Below are positions 54,597 to 64,000 of a stretch of DNA of 64,000 bases, piece by piece; the first letter of the stretch is position 1, and each line of letters opens with the position of its first letter. A program made the position numbers and the translations under genes. The DNA comes from Candidatus Omnitrophota bacterium (GTDB lineage: Bacteria; Omnitrophota; Gorgyraeia; Zapsychrales; Fredricksoniimonadaceae), in contig JAGWOI010000001.1 in the NCBI GenBank assembly GCA_028870995.1, forward strand, positions 26,273-90,272, in the 5' to 3' direction. Below the pieces are notes generated by a model. The model was not told the DNA's origin, searched no databases, and saw nothing but the letters and a program-made list of their open reading frames with translations.

Positions 54597-55491
54597 TTTT
54601 GGCGGCGGGTTCGATATGGACCAGCACATCGGCGATCCCCAGCGGTGACGCGATGAGCGCATCCTTGACATCGTGGCTGATGGCATGGGCGCGGTGCACC
54701 GGCATACTGCCGTCGACCTCCACGTGAATGTCGACGAATAATTCAATGCCGCTTTTGCGAACCTTGCATTTTTCGATGGCCACCACACCCGCCACCTTGC
54801 CGGCTAGCCCACGGATGGCTTCTTCGGTTTGAGGCGCCGGCGCGTGGTCCATGATTTCCTTCACCGCGCTTCTTAACATGTGAATGCCGTTAAACATGAT
54901 GATGCCGCTGGCCGCCAGGGCGGCCCAGGCGTCCGCGCTTTGGTATTTGGGGCCGCCTATGATGGCGATGGAAATGCCGGTAAAGGCAGCCAGGGAAGTC
55001 ATGGCATCGGAACGGTGGTGAAAGGCGTCCGCTTTAACGGAAAGGCTGTTGACGGATTCCCCGACGGCAAAGACAAATCTGAACAGCGTTTCCTTGACAA
55101 GGATGGCGATCACCAGGACAACAAGGGTAAAGGCTGCCGGCGTGTGATGGGGCTGCATGATATCAAGGACGCTTTTGACCGCGATGCTCAAACCCACCAG
55201 GACAAGGATGAGCGACACAGTCATGGCGGCCAGGGATTCGGCCCGGCCATGGCCGTAAGGATGGTCCTCATCCGCAGGGATCTCGGAGATCTTGATGCCG
55301 CCCAAAACCACCATGGATGAAAATATGTCCAGGGTGGACTCGATGCCGTCGGCAACAAGGGCATAGGAACTGCCCACGAGACCGGCGATGATTTTAACGG
55401 CCGCAAGGAATACATTGAAGGAAAGTCCGATTAAAACCGTGCTTAAGCTGCGGTCAAAACGGCTTGGGACTTTGGGGCTTTGAAAAACCAT
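54574..55491 (-). CDS. Cation diffusion facilitator family metal efflux transporter
   Basis: Six-TM CDF core with conserved Asp/His pairs in TM2 and TM5 (ALVADGIES...HHRSDA). C-terminal cytoplasmic domain. Confidence 0.8.
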   Translation of the reverse strand: MVFQSPKVPSRFDRSLSTVLIGLSFNVFLAAVKIIAGLVGSSYALVADGIESTLDIFSSMVVLGGIKISEIPADEDHPYGHGRAESLAAMTVSLILVLVGLSIAVKSVLDIMQPHHTPAAFTLVVLVIAILVKETLFRFVFAVGESVNSLSVKADAFHHRSDAMTSLAAFTGISIAIIGGPKYQSADAWAALAASGIIMFNGIHMLRSAVKEIMDHAPAPQTEEAIRGLAGKVAGVVAIEKCKVRKSGIELFVDIHVEVDGSMPVHRAHAISHDVKDALIASPLGIADVLVHIEPAAKTTSPQGR

Positions 55492-55548
55492 TGCCTCATC
55501 TTAAAACATCGCTTGCCATCATGCAAGAGAAGGTTATAATGGTTCACA

Positions 55549-56019
55549 ATGCAAAACGAAGTGATCTCTTTTGACTATGTATTGACAGCTAAATCGGGCC
55601 AGGTGATCGATGCCTCAGCCAAGGGCAGGCCTTTGATTTTTATTTCAGGCCTTGGGCAGATCATTCCAGGCCTGGAATTGATTTTGCAGCAAATGCAACC
55701 CAGTGAAAAGAAGACGGTGACCATTGCCGCCAAGGAGGCCTACGGTCTTCGCGATGAAAGCCTCGTGCATAAGGTCGACCGTTCCCGCCTGCCGAACCAG
55801 GAGATCAAGGTCGGCGACATGTTTGAAGTTGGGCAGGGCCAGGATTTCACTCCCGTTACCATTACCGCCATCAACGGCGATGAGATCACCCTGGACGGCA
55901 ATCATCCATTGGCCGGGGAGGACCTCACCTTTGCCGTGGAAGTCGTCAGCAAGCGGCTTGCCACCCCCGAGGAATTGGCTCACGGCCATGTGCATGGGGC
56001 CGGCGGCTGCCATCATTAA
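55549..56019 (+). CDS. slyD: FKBP-type peptidyl-prolyl isomerase SlyD-like with His/Cys-rich metal-binding tail
   Basis: FKBP fold with an inserted IF-like flap. C-terminal HGHVHGAGGCHH. Confidence 0.7.
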   Translation: MQNEVISFDYVLTAKSGQVIDASAKGRPLIFISGLGQIIPGLELILQQMQPSEKKTVTIAAKEAYGLRDESLVHKVDRSRLPNQEIKVGDMFEVGQGQDFTPVTITAINGDEITLDGNHPLAGEDLTFAVEVVSKRLATPEELAHGHVHGAGGCHH

Positions 56020-56125
56020 AAATATCCTAAAGTCTTGCAGCACGAAAGCTTTTGACCCTCATTCCAGCCCGGCTATTTAAAATCCATTGTAATATCAGCA
56101 GGATTTGTTATAATCAATCTTCCTT

Positions 56126-56146
56126 ATGTTACCCTTTGCGTAACAT
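56126..56146 (+). promoter_or_regulatory. Inverted repeat atgttac-N7-gtaacat just downstream of a TATAAT box (56109..56114), candidate operator of the alpha-glucan cluster
   Basis: Perfect 7-bp arms seen in the sequence, 27 nt upstream of the GT4 gene start. Confidence 0.35.
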
Positions 56147-56172
56147 AGGGTTAGATATGAGAAAGGCTCTAT

Positions 56173-57330
56173 ATGAGGGTTGCGCTTTTTTCCTGGGAGG
56201 CCGTTCATTCGGTGTTTGTCGGTGGCATTGGTTTGCATGTCACCGAACTGGCCTGCGCCCTGGAACGCAAAGGGCATGAAGTCCATGTCTTCACCCGCAT
56301 GGCACGGCCCGATCATCCTCATTACGAATGCATCCACGGCGTTCATTATCACCGCTGCCCCTTTGCTCCCCATCCTGATTTCATTGAAGAAGTAACTAAT
56401 ATGTGCCGTTCCTTCGTGGACAGTTTTCTGGCCACTGAAAACCATATCGGCCATTTCGATGTGATCCACGGGCATGACTGGCTCACCGCCCAGGCCCTGG
56501 AATGGATCAATAAGGCCAGACGCCATAAAACTATTTATACCATCCACTCGACCGAATACGGGCGGTGCGGCAATAATTTTTTTGAAGGCAACTCCAAGCG
56601 CGTCCGGCATTTGGAGTGGCTGGGCTCCTATTGCGCGGACAGGGTCATCACCGTTTCCAATGCCCTGAAGAATGAGGTCAAGTGGATCTACAATATCCCG
56701 GAAGATAAGACGGACGTGGTTTATAACGGTATCCGCTGTTCTGATTTCGACAGCTGGGTCGATCCGGGGGATGTCCGGCGCCGCTACGGCATCGGTCCCA
56801 TGGATCCCATGGTGCTGATCGTGGGACGCATGGTTTATCAGAAGGGGCCGGACCTGTTGGTTGCCGCCATTCCGTATGTATTGCAGTACTATCCGCATGC
56901 CAAATTTGTCTTTGCCGGTGACGGCGAAATGCGGGGCGAGATCGAGGGGCTTGCCGGCAGGTTGCATGTATCTCATGCCACCCGCTTCCTGGGCAAGCAG
57001 GGCGGTTTGGCGCTGAGGGACCTTTTTAAATCCACGGATTGCGTCTGCGTGCCCAGCCGCAACGAGCCTTTCGGCATCGTGATCCTTGAGGCCTGGAGCG
57101 CCGGCAAACCCGTGGTGGCCACTGTCAACGGCGGCCCTAATGAAATCATCTGGCATGATGTCAACGGCCTTAAAATCCGGGATAATCCGGAATCCATTGC
57201 TTGGGGTATCGGCACCCTTTTCCATGATTTTGACCATGCCAGGTGGATGGGGAATAACGGCCGCATGACCGTCGAGACTGCTTTCTCCTGGGATGTCATC
57301 GCCGATGAGACCTTGCAGGTATATTATTAA
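56173..57330 (+). CDS. GT-B (GT4-like, group 1) glycosyltransferase, probable alpha-glucan/glycogen synthase by context
   Basis: N-terminal MRVALFSWEAVHSVFVGGIGLHVTELA typical of GT4/GT5 glucosyltransferases. C-terminal E-x7-E-like region (EPFGIVILEA). Confidence 0.65.
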   Translation: MRVALFSWEAVHSVFVGGIGLHVTELACALERKGHEVHVFTRMARPDHPHYECIHGVHYHRCPFAPHPDFIEEVTNMCRSFVDSFLATENHIGHFDVIHGHDWLTAQALEWINKARRHKTIYTIHSTEYGRCGNNFFEGNSKRVRHLEWLGSYCADRVITVSNALKNEVKWIYNIPEDKTDVVYNGIRCSDFDSWVDPGDVRRRYGIGPMDPMVLIVGRMVYQKGPDLLVAAIPYVLQYYPHAKFVFAGDGEMRGEIEGLAGRLHVSHATRFLGKQGGLALRDLFKSTDCVCVPSRNEPFGIVILEAWSAGKPVVATVNGGPNEIIWHDVNGLKIRDNPESIAWGIGTLFHDFDHARWMGNNGRMTVETAFSWDVIADETLQVYY

Positions 57331-57364
57331 CCCGAAATGGAATGCGGAGGCTTAGAACGCCTTT

Positions 57365-58495
57365 ATGTCACCTGTCATTGACTCAACCGAGCTTCCGGCC
57401 TTAAGACGCCGCACCCGTTGCATCCTTGTCTCAAGGGACCCTAATACCCTTTGGGCTTATTGGGACCATACCCCGTCAGATAGGCAACAACGGACGTCGC
57501 GCCTCCAATCCCAATCGAAAAATATACGGTTTCTCCTGCGTGTTTATGATGTGACCCAGGTGAAATTCAACGGGGCCAACGCCAACCATGTTTGGGACAT
57601 GGAGGTGGGGCCTGGTGCAAAAAGCGCCTATATCAATGTATGGCAGGACAACGCGGATTATTGCGTGGAATACGGCCTGACCACCGGTAAAAAACATTTT
57701 ATGGCCCTGGCCCGTTCCAATATCGTGCGCGCACCGTCCAGGACCCCTTCGAAGAGGGATGACTTGATATGGCAGGACATCAAATTCCCCAAAAAATCGC
57801 CGGCCTACATTCAGGAAGATTTAAAGAAAGATATTAAGAGCCATTATCATGGCCTGATACAGCAGCAAAGTAAAGGAAGCTTCACTTCCGAAGGCCAGGC
57901 GCACGTTGAACGGCTAATAAAAGAGAAATATTCCCCCCAAGGCGAAGGGTTGCAAGCCAAATCAGGCCGGCGGCCCAGGGTTTATCATTTAACCGCCCAG
58001 GACATCCGGACTTATTATTTGAGATTTTTTCACCGCAAATCACGGCATCCCCGCGGCCTAAGGAGCCTTGTGGCAGGAATTCCCATTGGCATTTCCTGGC
58101 AAAAGGTCAGGCCGTTGATCAGTACTGTTGAATTGATAAAACACCTTCATCCGGCGGGCGCCTCCGAAAAACAAGCGCCGGGGGCCAGTGAAAACTTCGG
58201 AGGTGTCCAAGGCAGCGAAGGCCGTTTGAAGCAAAGAAAGTTTTTCTTTGAGATCTGGACCGAACTGATCGTCCATGGCCGCACCGAACCTGATGCCGCC
58301 GTGTGGCTGAACCAGAAAGGGGTTAAATTGAATCCCGATGGGACCTTCACGCTGCACTATGCCTTGCCTGACGGAGAGATTCCTTTGAAATTCGTTGCCC
58401 AATCAGCCGATGGGGTGGAGCAGCGTCATATCTATACGCGGGTAGAAAGGGAAAACACGGTTTATTTCCCCAAGATATTGAAAGCCTATGAATAA
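57365..58495 (+). CDS. DUF4912-like protein
   Basis: N-terminal CILVSRDPNTLWAYWD resembles the DUF4912 signature. This family often accompanies GH57 genes. Confidence 0.45.
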   Translation: MSPVIDSTELPALRRRTRCILVSRDPNTLWAYWDHTPSDRQQRTSRLQSQSKNIRFLLRVYDVTQVKFNGANANHVWDMEVGPGAKSAYINVWQDNADYCVEYGLTTGKKHFMALARSNIVRAPSRTPSKRDDLIWQDIKFPKKSPAYIQEDLKKDIKSHYHGLIQQQSKGSFTSEGQAHVERLIKEKYSPQGEGLQAKSGRRPRVYHLTAQDIRTYYLRFFHRKSRHPRGLRSLVAGIPIGISWQKVRPLISTVELIKHLHPAGASEKQAPGASENFGGVQGSEGRLKQRKFFFEIWTELIVHGRTEPDAAVWLNQKGVKLNPDGTFTLHYALPDGEIPLKFVAQSADGVEQRHIYTRVERENTVYFPKILKAYE

Positions 58496-60248
58496 AAATC
58501 CGAAAGGCTATTTGAGCCTTGTCCTTCACGCGCACCTGCCGTTTGTCCGGCATCCCGAGGAGAATTATTTCCTCGAGGAAAACTGGCTGTTCGAGGCCAT
58601 CACCGAGACCTATATTCCTTTGTTAAGGGTCTTCGAGGGGCTGGTGCGCGACGGGGTGGACTTCAACATCACCATGTCCGTGAGCCCGACGCTGGCGGCC
58701 ATGTTTACGGACCGCCTGCTGCAGGACCGTTATGTGCGCCATATCAATAAGCTCATTGAGCTGGCTGAAAAGGAACTCGACCGCACCGCCTATGATCCGC
58801 AGTTCCACGGGCTGGCGCTTATGTATTATCACCGTTTTCTCGATGCCCGCGATATCTTCGTCAACCAATACCAGAAGAACCTTATTAATGCATTCAAGAA
58901 ATTCCAGGAAGCTGGGTGTCTGGAGATCATTACCTGTTGCGCCACCCATGGCTTTTTGCCCAATTTGAATATAAGCGAATCCGCGGTTCGGTCCCAGATC
59001 GACATCGGGGTGGACCAGTACCGCCATCATTTCGGGGTGGATCCCAAGGGGATATGGCTTCCCGAGTGCGGCTTTTATCCGGGGCTGGACCGCTGGCTCA
59101 AGAAAGCAGGGATCAGCTATTTCTTTTGCGATTCACACGGGATCATGAATGCCGATCCGCAGCCGCAATACGGTGTCATGGCCCCGGTATATTGCCCCAG
59201 CGGGGTGGCGGCTTTTGGCCGTGATTGGGAAAGCTCCAAGCAGGTTTGGAGTTCCAAGGAGGGCTATCCCGGCGATCCTGATTACCGGGAATATTACCGC
59301 GATATCGGCTTTACGCTGGATTTTGAATACATTAAGCCTTATATCCATCCCATGGGGATCCGTCATAATACCGGGTTCAAATATTGGCGCATCACCGGCG
59401 ACACTGAGGCCAAGGCGCCGTATCAGCCGGATTGGGCTAGGAACAAGGCGGCTGTCCATGCCGGGAACTTCATGTTCAACCGCCAGAAACAGATCGAACA
59501 CCATTTTTTTCAAATGGACCGCAAGCCCATTGTCGTGGCCCCGTATGATGCCGAATTGTTCGGCCATTGGTGGTTTGAGGGCCCGCAATGGATCGATTTT
59601 TTATGCCGTAAGATCTTTTATGACCAGGACACCATCCAGATGACAACACCCTCCCAATATTTAAGGGAGTACACCACCAACCAGGTGGCCATGCCCAGCC
59701 AGTCGAGCTGGGGGTATAAAGGTTTTGGCGAATTCTGGCTTGAAGGCTGCAATGATTGGATCTATCCTTATCTTCATGAGGCCGCGGAGTTGATGGAAGA
59801 ACTGGCCAGGGAGAATGCGTCCTTGATCCAGGGAAACTTCGGCCGGAACCCCTTGAAGGCGGCCTTGCGCTACCGCGCCCTTAACCAGGCCGCGCGCGAG
59901 CTGCTGCTGGCCCAAGCCAGCGACTGGCCCTTTATCATGAAGGCCGGGACGATGGTGGCTTACGCCGAGAAAAGGGTCAAAACGCATATCAACCGTTTCT
60001 GGCGCCTGTACAACAGTTTGAAAGAGGATGCCATCGATGAGCCCTGGCTTAAGGAAATCGAATCCAGGGACAATATTTTTGGGGACACGAATTGCGTCCA
60101 GTATTATTTGGAAACGCGCAAAGCGGCGCGCAAGCCTGTGAAAACGTCCCAACCCCGAAAGCTCTTGAAGCAGGCCGCTCATTTGAAAAATGAGGTAGCG
60201 GCACGAAAGGAGGTCAATCATGAACGACATCATCGACAATTTGCCTAA
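58488..60248 (+). CDS. GH57-family 1,4-alpha-glucan branching enzyme / AmyC-like
   Basis: LSLVLHAHLPFVRHPEENYFLEENWLFEAITETYIPLL matches the N-terminus of GH57 branching enzymes. About 586 aa. Confidence 0.8.
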   Translation: MNKNPKGYLSLVLHAHLPFVRHPEENYFLEENWLFEAITETYIPLLRVFEGLVRDGVDFNITMSVSPTLAAMFTDRLLQDRYVRHINKLIELAEKELDRTAYDPQFHGLALMYYHRFLDARDIFVNQYQKNLINAFKKFQEAGCLEIITCCATHGFLPNLNISESAVRSQIDIGVDQYRHHFGVDPKGIWLPECGFYPGLDRWLKKAGISYFFCDSHGIMNADPQPQYGVMAPVYCPSGVAAFGRDWESSKQVWSSKEGYPGDPDYREYYRDIGFTLDFEYIKPYIHPMGIRHNTGFKYWRITGDTEAKAPYQPDWARNKAAVHAGNFMFNRQKQIEHHFFQMDRKPIVVAPYDAELFGHWWFEGPQWIDFLCRKIFYDQDTIQMTTPSQYLREYTTNQVAMPSQSSWGYKGFGEFWLEGCNDWIYPYLHEAAELMEELARENASLIQGNFGRNPLKAALRYRALNQAARELLLAQASDWPFIMKAGTMVAYAEKRVKTHINRFWRLYNSLKEDAIDEPWLKEIESRDNIFGDTNCVQYYLETRKAARKPVKTSQPRKLLKQAAHLKNEVAARKEVNHERHHRQFA

Positions 60249-61872
60249 CATTTTTTTCCAAACCAACGGGTTTGCGGCCCCTAAAAAAAGGAAGCTGTAC
60301 AGCCCGTGTTCCAATATCGACTTTAAAAAAGTAAGGTCTTCTTTTGGTATCGCCCTTCACATGCATCAGCCCACGATACCGGCCGGCGGCCAGGACCTGC
60401 ATACCGCGGCCCTTATTTCCAATCTTCAGCATATGTTCGACAACCCCGGTATCGGGGACAATCACAACGCCTCCGTGTTTTTCTGGTGTTATCAGCGCAT
60501 GGCGGAGTTCGTCCCTAAACTCGTCAGCGAGGGCAAAAGTCCCCGGATCATGCTGGATTATTCCGGGAACCTGCTGTGGGGATTAGGGCAAATGAACAAC
60601 GGGGTGGCGCTGGACAATTTGAAGAAGATCACCTGCGACAAGTCATATTATCCTTATGTGGAGTGGCTGGGCACCATGTGGTCGCATTCGGTGGTGACAT
60701 CCACACCCATCCCTGATATCAAACTGCACCTGATGGCCTTCCGCCATCATTTTGCCTCCATTTTCGGCAAGGAAGCGGAAGAGCGCATCAAGGGATTCTC
60801 CGCGCCGGAGATGCATCTGCCCATTCACCCGGATGTCTGCTATGAGTATGTCAAAGCGCTTAAAGAGTGCGGCTACGAGTGGCTGATGGTGCAGGAACAT
60901 ACCATTGAGAATTTCAACGGCCGCGGCATCAGTGATCCGTATGTCCCGCACAAGCTGGTGGCCAAGAATTCCTTGGGGCAGATCCAGGAAATCACTGTAC
61001 TCGTCAAGACCCAGGGTTCGGACACCAAATTGGTGGCCCAGATGCAGCCCTTGTTCGAGGCACGCGGGCTGTCCCGGCAGGAATACGCTGGACAAATGAT
61101 CCCGCCTTTTGTATGCCAGATCGGTGACGGCGAAAACGGCGGAGTGATGATGAATGAATTTCCGCCCATGTATAACCAGTGCATCCAGGGCCTTTCCACG
61201 GAAGGGACCGTGGCGCTCAACGGTTCGGAATACCTGGAGTTTTTGGAGGGTATGGGTGTCGATCCCAAGGATTTTACGGCTGTCCAGCCCATTGCCCAGC
61301 ACCGCATTTGGGAGAAGGTCAAAAAATTCGAGCCGCAGGCCGCCAACAAGGCCATCGAGGAGCTGCAGCGCCAGGACAAATCCTTCAACCTTGACCGCGG
61401 CTCATGGACCAGCGACCGGGACTGGGTCAAGGGGTATGAACAGGTGCTTGATCCCATCAATGCCTTGAGTGTGGCCTTCCATAATAAATTCGACGGCAAG
61501 AACATCGACAGGAATTCCAAGTCCTACAAGGAAGCGCTACTGTACCTGTTGCTGTCACAGACCAGCTGTTTCCGTTATTGGGGACAGGGCATTTGGACGG
61601 ATTACGCCAAGGAACTTTGCCGGCGGGGGATGGAGATCATCAATAAAGGAAAGACCTTCGCCATGGCCCAGACCTCCGCTTCCAAGAACATTGCCAGGTC
61701 CCAGGCGGTCAGCGCCTTAAACCAGGACATATTCAACAACCCCGATGTGGCTAAGGAAATCGAAAAGCACAAATGGTGTGAAAGCGAAAAAGCCGGCCGT
61801 GATGTAGGTTATGAATGGGCCAAGGAGGACTGGCTTAAACGATACGGAGAACTATGGGTACAGACTCATTGA
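60220..61872 (+). CDS. GH57-like glycoside hydrolase family protein (second copy, divergent)
   Basis: FGIALHMHQPTIP (HxHQP) motif typical of GH57 amylases/glucanotransferases. Otherwise divergent. Confidence 0.5.
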   Translation: MNDIIDNLPNIFFQTNGFAAPKKRKLYSPCSNIDFKKVRSSFGIALHMHQPTIPAGGQDLHTAALISNLQHMFDNPGIGDNHNASVFFWCYQRMAEFVPKLVSEGKSPRIMLDYSGNLLWGLGQMNNGVALDNLKKITCDKSYYPYVEWLGTMWSHSVVTSTPIPDIKLHLMAFRHHFASIFGKEAEERIKGFSAPEMHLPIHPDVCYEYVKALKECGYEWLMVQEHTIENFNGRGISDPYVPHKLVAKNSLGQIQEITVLVKTQGSDTKLVAQMQPLFEARGLSRQEYAGQMIPPFVCQIGDGENGGVMMNEFPPMYNQCIQGLSTEGTVALNGSEYLEFLEGMGVDPKDFTAVQPIAQHRIWEKVKKFEPQAANKAIEELQRQDKSFNLDRGSWTSDRDWVKGYEQVLDPINALSVAFHNKFDGKNIDRNSKSYKEALLYLLLSQTSCFRYWGQGIWTDYAKELCRRGMEIINKGKTFAMAQTSASKNIARSQAVSALNQDIFNNPDVAKEIEKHKWCESEKAGRDVGYEWAKEDWLKRYGELWVQTH

Positions 61873-63782
61873 TGCAGCCTTTTATCACGGATCACGACAT
61901 TTATCTTTTTAAAGAGGGCAACCACTTTAAGCTTTATGAAAAACTGGGCGCCCATCCCATGGTCATGGACGGGCAGCCGGGCGTGTATTTTGCCGTCTGG
62001 GCTCCCAATGCCAAGAGCGTTTCGGTCATCGGTAATTTCAACCAATGGCAGCGCGACAGCCATCCTTTAAAATCACGCTGGGACTCTTCCGGCATATGGG
62101 AAGTTTTTATCCCAGGCCTGGCCAAGGGGGAATTGTATAAGTATTTTATTACCTCCCGGGACGGCTACCAGGTGGAAAAATCCGATCCCTTTGCCTTTTA
62201 TAACGAGGTGGCGCCGAATTTCGGTTCCATTGTCTGGGACCATGAGTACCAATGGCAGGACAGCCAATGGATGAAGGAGCGCTACCGCCACAACAGCCTG
62301 GAGGCGCCGATTTCCATTTACGAGCTGCACATCGGCTCCTGGAAGAGGGTGGTGGAAGAGGAGCACAGGCCCTTGACCTACAGGGAATTGGCCTTGCAGC
62401 TGCCCGATTATTTGGAATACATGGGTTATACCCATGTCGAGTTTCTGCCGGTCATGGAATATCCGTTCTACGGTTCCTGGGGGTATCAGACCCTGGGCTA
62501 TTTTTCGCCCACCAGCCGTTTCGGCACGCCGCAGGATTTCATGTATTTGGTGGATTGCCTGCACCAGCGGGGGATCGGTGTCATCTTAGACTGGGTGCCG
62601 TCGCATTTCCCCACTGACGAGCACGGGCTGGTCTACTTTGACGGCACACACCTTTTTGAACACGCAGACACCAGGAGAGGCTACCATCCGGACTGGAAGA
62701 GCGCCATTTTCAATTACGGCCGTAACGAGATCAGGGAATTTTTGATCTCCTCGGCCATGTTCTGGATGGAAAAATTCCACGCGGACGGCCTGCGGGTGGA
62801 TGCGGTTGCTTCCATGCTTTATCTGGATTATTCCAGGGGCGATGCCTGGATCCCCAACGAACATGGCGGCCGGGAAAACCTTGAGGCCATTTATTTCCTG
62901 CGCCGGCTCAATGAGGTGATCTACGGCAATTTTCCTGATGTCCAGATGATCGCCGAGGAATCCACCGCCTGGAGCGGGGTATCCCGTCCCACCTTTGTGG
63001 GCGGCCTGGGTTTCGGCATGAAATGGAACATGGGCTGGATGCATGACACCCTGGTGTATATCACCAAGGACCCCATTTACCGTAAATATCACCACAATGA
63101 CCTGACCTTCTCGTTCTTGTACGCCTTTTCCGAGAATTTCATGCTGTCGCTTTCCCACGATGAGGTCACCCATGGCAAAGGGGCTTTGGCCGGCAAGATG
63201 CCGGGGGATCACTGGCAGCAGATGGCTAATTTACGTTTATTGCTGGGGTATATGTTTGCCCATCCAGGTAAAAAACTGCATTTTATGGGTGCCGAGTTCG
63301 CCCAGTGGGCAGAATGGAACCACGAGCATAGTATTGAGTGGCATTTGTTGCAGCATGAACCGCACAAAGGTGTCCAGCAATGGGTGCGGGACCTGAACCA
63401 TTTTTACCGCAGTGAGCCGGCTTTGTATGAAAAGGATTTTACGCCGGAAGGCTTTGAGTTCATCGATTTCAGCGATTATCAAAACAGCATCATCAGTTTC
63501 ATCCGCAAATCCGCCGACGGGAAATCCCAGGTGCTGGCGGTATGCAATTTTACGCCGCAGACCTGGAAGAATTACCGCGTGGGCGTGTCGCAGGGCGGGT
63601 TCTGGAAGGAAGCGCTCAACTCCGATGCCAAGATCTATTGGGGCAGCAATCAGGGCAATTCCGGCGGCCTGCAGGCCGAGGCTTGCCCCACGCACGGCAA
63701 ACCGTTCTCGCTGGATTTGACCATACCGCCTTTAGGGATTTTATTCATGAAGCATTTGGCCGATGAGGGGAATAAATCCTGA
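61854..63782 (+). CDS. glgB: 1,4-alpha-glucan branching enzyme GlgB (GH13)
   Basis: ITDHDIYLFKEGNHFKLYEKLGAHP N-terminus. GH13 regions GVILDWVPSHF, GLRVDAV and EESTAW. Confidence 0.9.
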   Translation: MGTDSLMQPFITDHDIYLFKEGNHFKLYEKLGAHPMVMDGQPGVYFAVWAPNAKSVSVIGNFNQWQRDSHPLKSRWDSSGIWEVFIPGLAKGELYKYFITSRDGYQVEKSDPFAFYNEVAPNFGSIVWDHEYQWQDSQWMKERYRHNSLEAPISIYELHIGSWKRVVEEEHRPLTYRELALQLPDYLEYMGYTHVEFLPVMEYPFYGSWGYQTLGYFSPTSRFGTPQDFMYLVDCLHQRGIGVILDWVPSHFPTDEHGLVYFDGTHLFEHADTRRGYHPDWKSAIFNYGRNEIREFLISSAMFWMEKFHADGLRVDAVASMLYLDYSRGDAWIPNEHGGRENLEAIYFLRRLNEVIYGNFPDVQMIAEESTAWSGVSRPTFVGGLGFGMKWNMGWMHDTLVYITKDPIYRKYHHNDLTFSFLYAFSENFMLSLSHDEVTHGKGALAGKMPGDHWQQMANLRLLLGYMFAHPGKKLHFMGAEFAQWAEWNHEHSIEWHLLQHEPHKGVQQWVRDLNHFYRSEPALYEKDFTPEGFEFIDFSDYQNSIISFIRKSADGKSQVLAVCNFTPQTWKNYRVGVSQGGFWKEALNSDAKIYWGSNQGNSGGLQAEACPTHGKPFSLDLTIPPLGILFMKHLADEGNKS

Positions 63783-63794
63783 TGCAGGAGGATA

Positions 63795-64000
63795 TGGTGT
63801 ACAAAGTCAAGGCGGATTTTTTAAGGTGTTTAGGTCATCCGGTCCGCCTGAAACTCATCGAAGAGCTCAAGACCGGCGAGAAAAGCGTCGGCTATTTGGT
63901 CGATAAATTCAAGATCGGCCAATCCAGCATTTCCCGCCATCTTTTGGCCCTGCGTAATGCCGGGATCCTTTCGTCCCGGCAGCAAAGGACCACGGTATAC
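63795..64000 (+). CDS. ArsR/SmtB-family transcriptional regulator (3' end lies outside the window)
   Basis: LGHPVRLKLIEELKTGEKSVGYLVDKFKIGQSSISRHL winged-helix motif. Runs off the end of the window. Confidence 0.7.

Noticed and set aside
1-64000. CRISPR arrays, integrases, transposases, phage genes or tandem repeat arrays
   Set aside because: Scanning found no regularly spaced direct repeats, no transposase or integrase-like ORFs and no long tandem repeats. The window appears to be core chromosome.

Overview
This is a gene-dense 64 kb chromosomal window of about 55% GC, with genes mostly on the + strand and frequent 4-nt ATGA overlaps between neighbours. It appears to come from an anaerobic bacterium rich in c-type cytochromes. 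No CRISPR array, transposase or prophage was found. Gene blocks in order along the window: (1) 1..5577: a cydB 3' fragment, a convergent hemerythrin gene, a lipoprotein, system II cytochrome c maturation genes (ccsB/resB-like and a long ccsA) and a radical SAM gene. (2) 5608..9493: two NarL-type (HisKA_3/LuxR) two-component systems with a lone CheY-like receiver gene between them. (3) 9765..19957: hemA followed directly by six cytochrome genes. These encode a monohaem cytochrome, a 7-8-haem periplasmic cytochrome, a 720-aa putative outer-membrane beta-barrel, a 7-haem membrane cytochrome of ImcH-like architecture, a 9-haem c / dihaem b fusion of CbcL-like architecture, and a 19-haem c / dihaem b fusion. 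Together they form the most striking candidate system, a self-contained module for extracellular electron transfer from quinol to an outer-membrane conduit. (4) 20096..29284: a DUF2934 gene, nrdDG, tRNA-Val, a zinc-ribbon gene, rnhA with an overlapping RNase P RNA, yebC, ruvCA, scpB, pheA, a TetR gene and a yezD-like gene. (5) 29354..35043: a porin gene followed by modA-mop-modB-modC, then a polysaccharide deacetylase. (6) pilT on the - strand, then hisC, a DAHP synthase gene, tyrA, cmk, lepA, lepB, pgsA and plsY. (7) 44196..50272: a c-di-GMP/exopolysaccharide locus with a PEGA-protein gene and a GT2 synthase gene on the - strand and a divergent PAS-GGDEF(degenerate)-EAL gene. (8) 50350..64000: TolC/HlyD/ABC-2 efflux genes, a small Cys-rich protein gene overlapping a CDF transporter gene, slyD, and an alpha-glucan cluster (GT4 glycosyltransferase, DUF4912, two GH57 genes and GH13 glgB) ending in a partial arsR-family gene. 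Apart from the tRNA and RNase P RNA signatures, every function is inferred from motifs I recognise in the translated ORFs. No database search was run.
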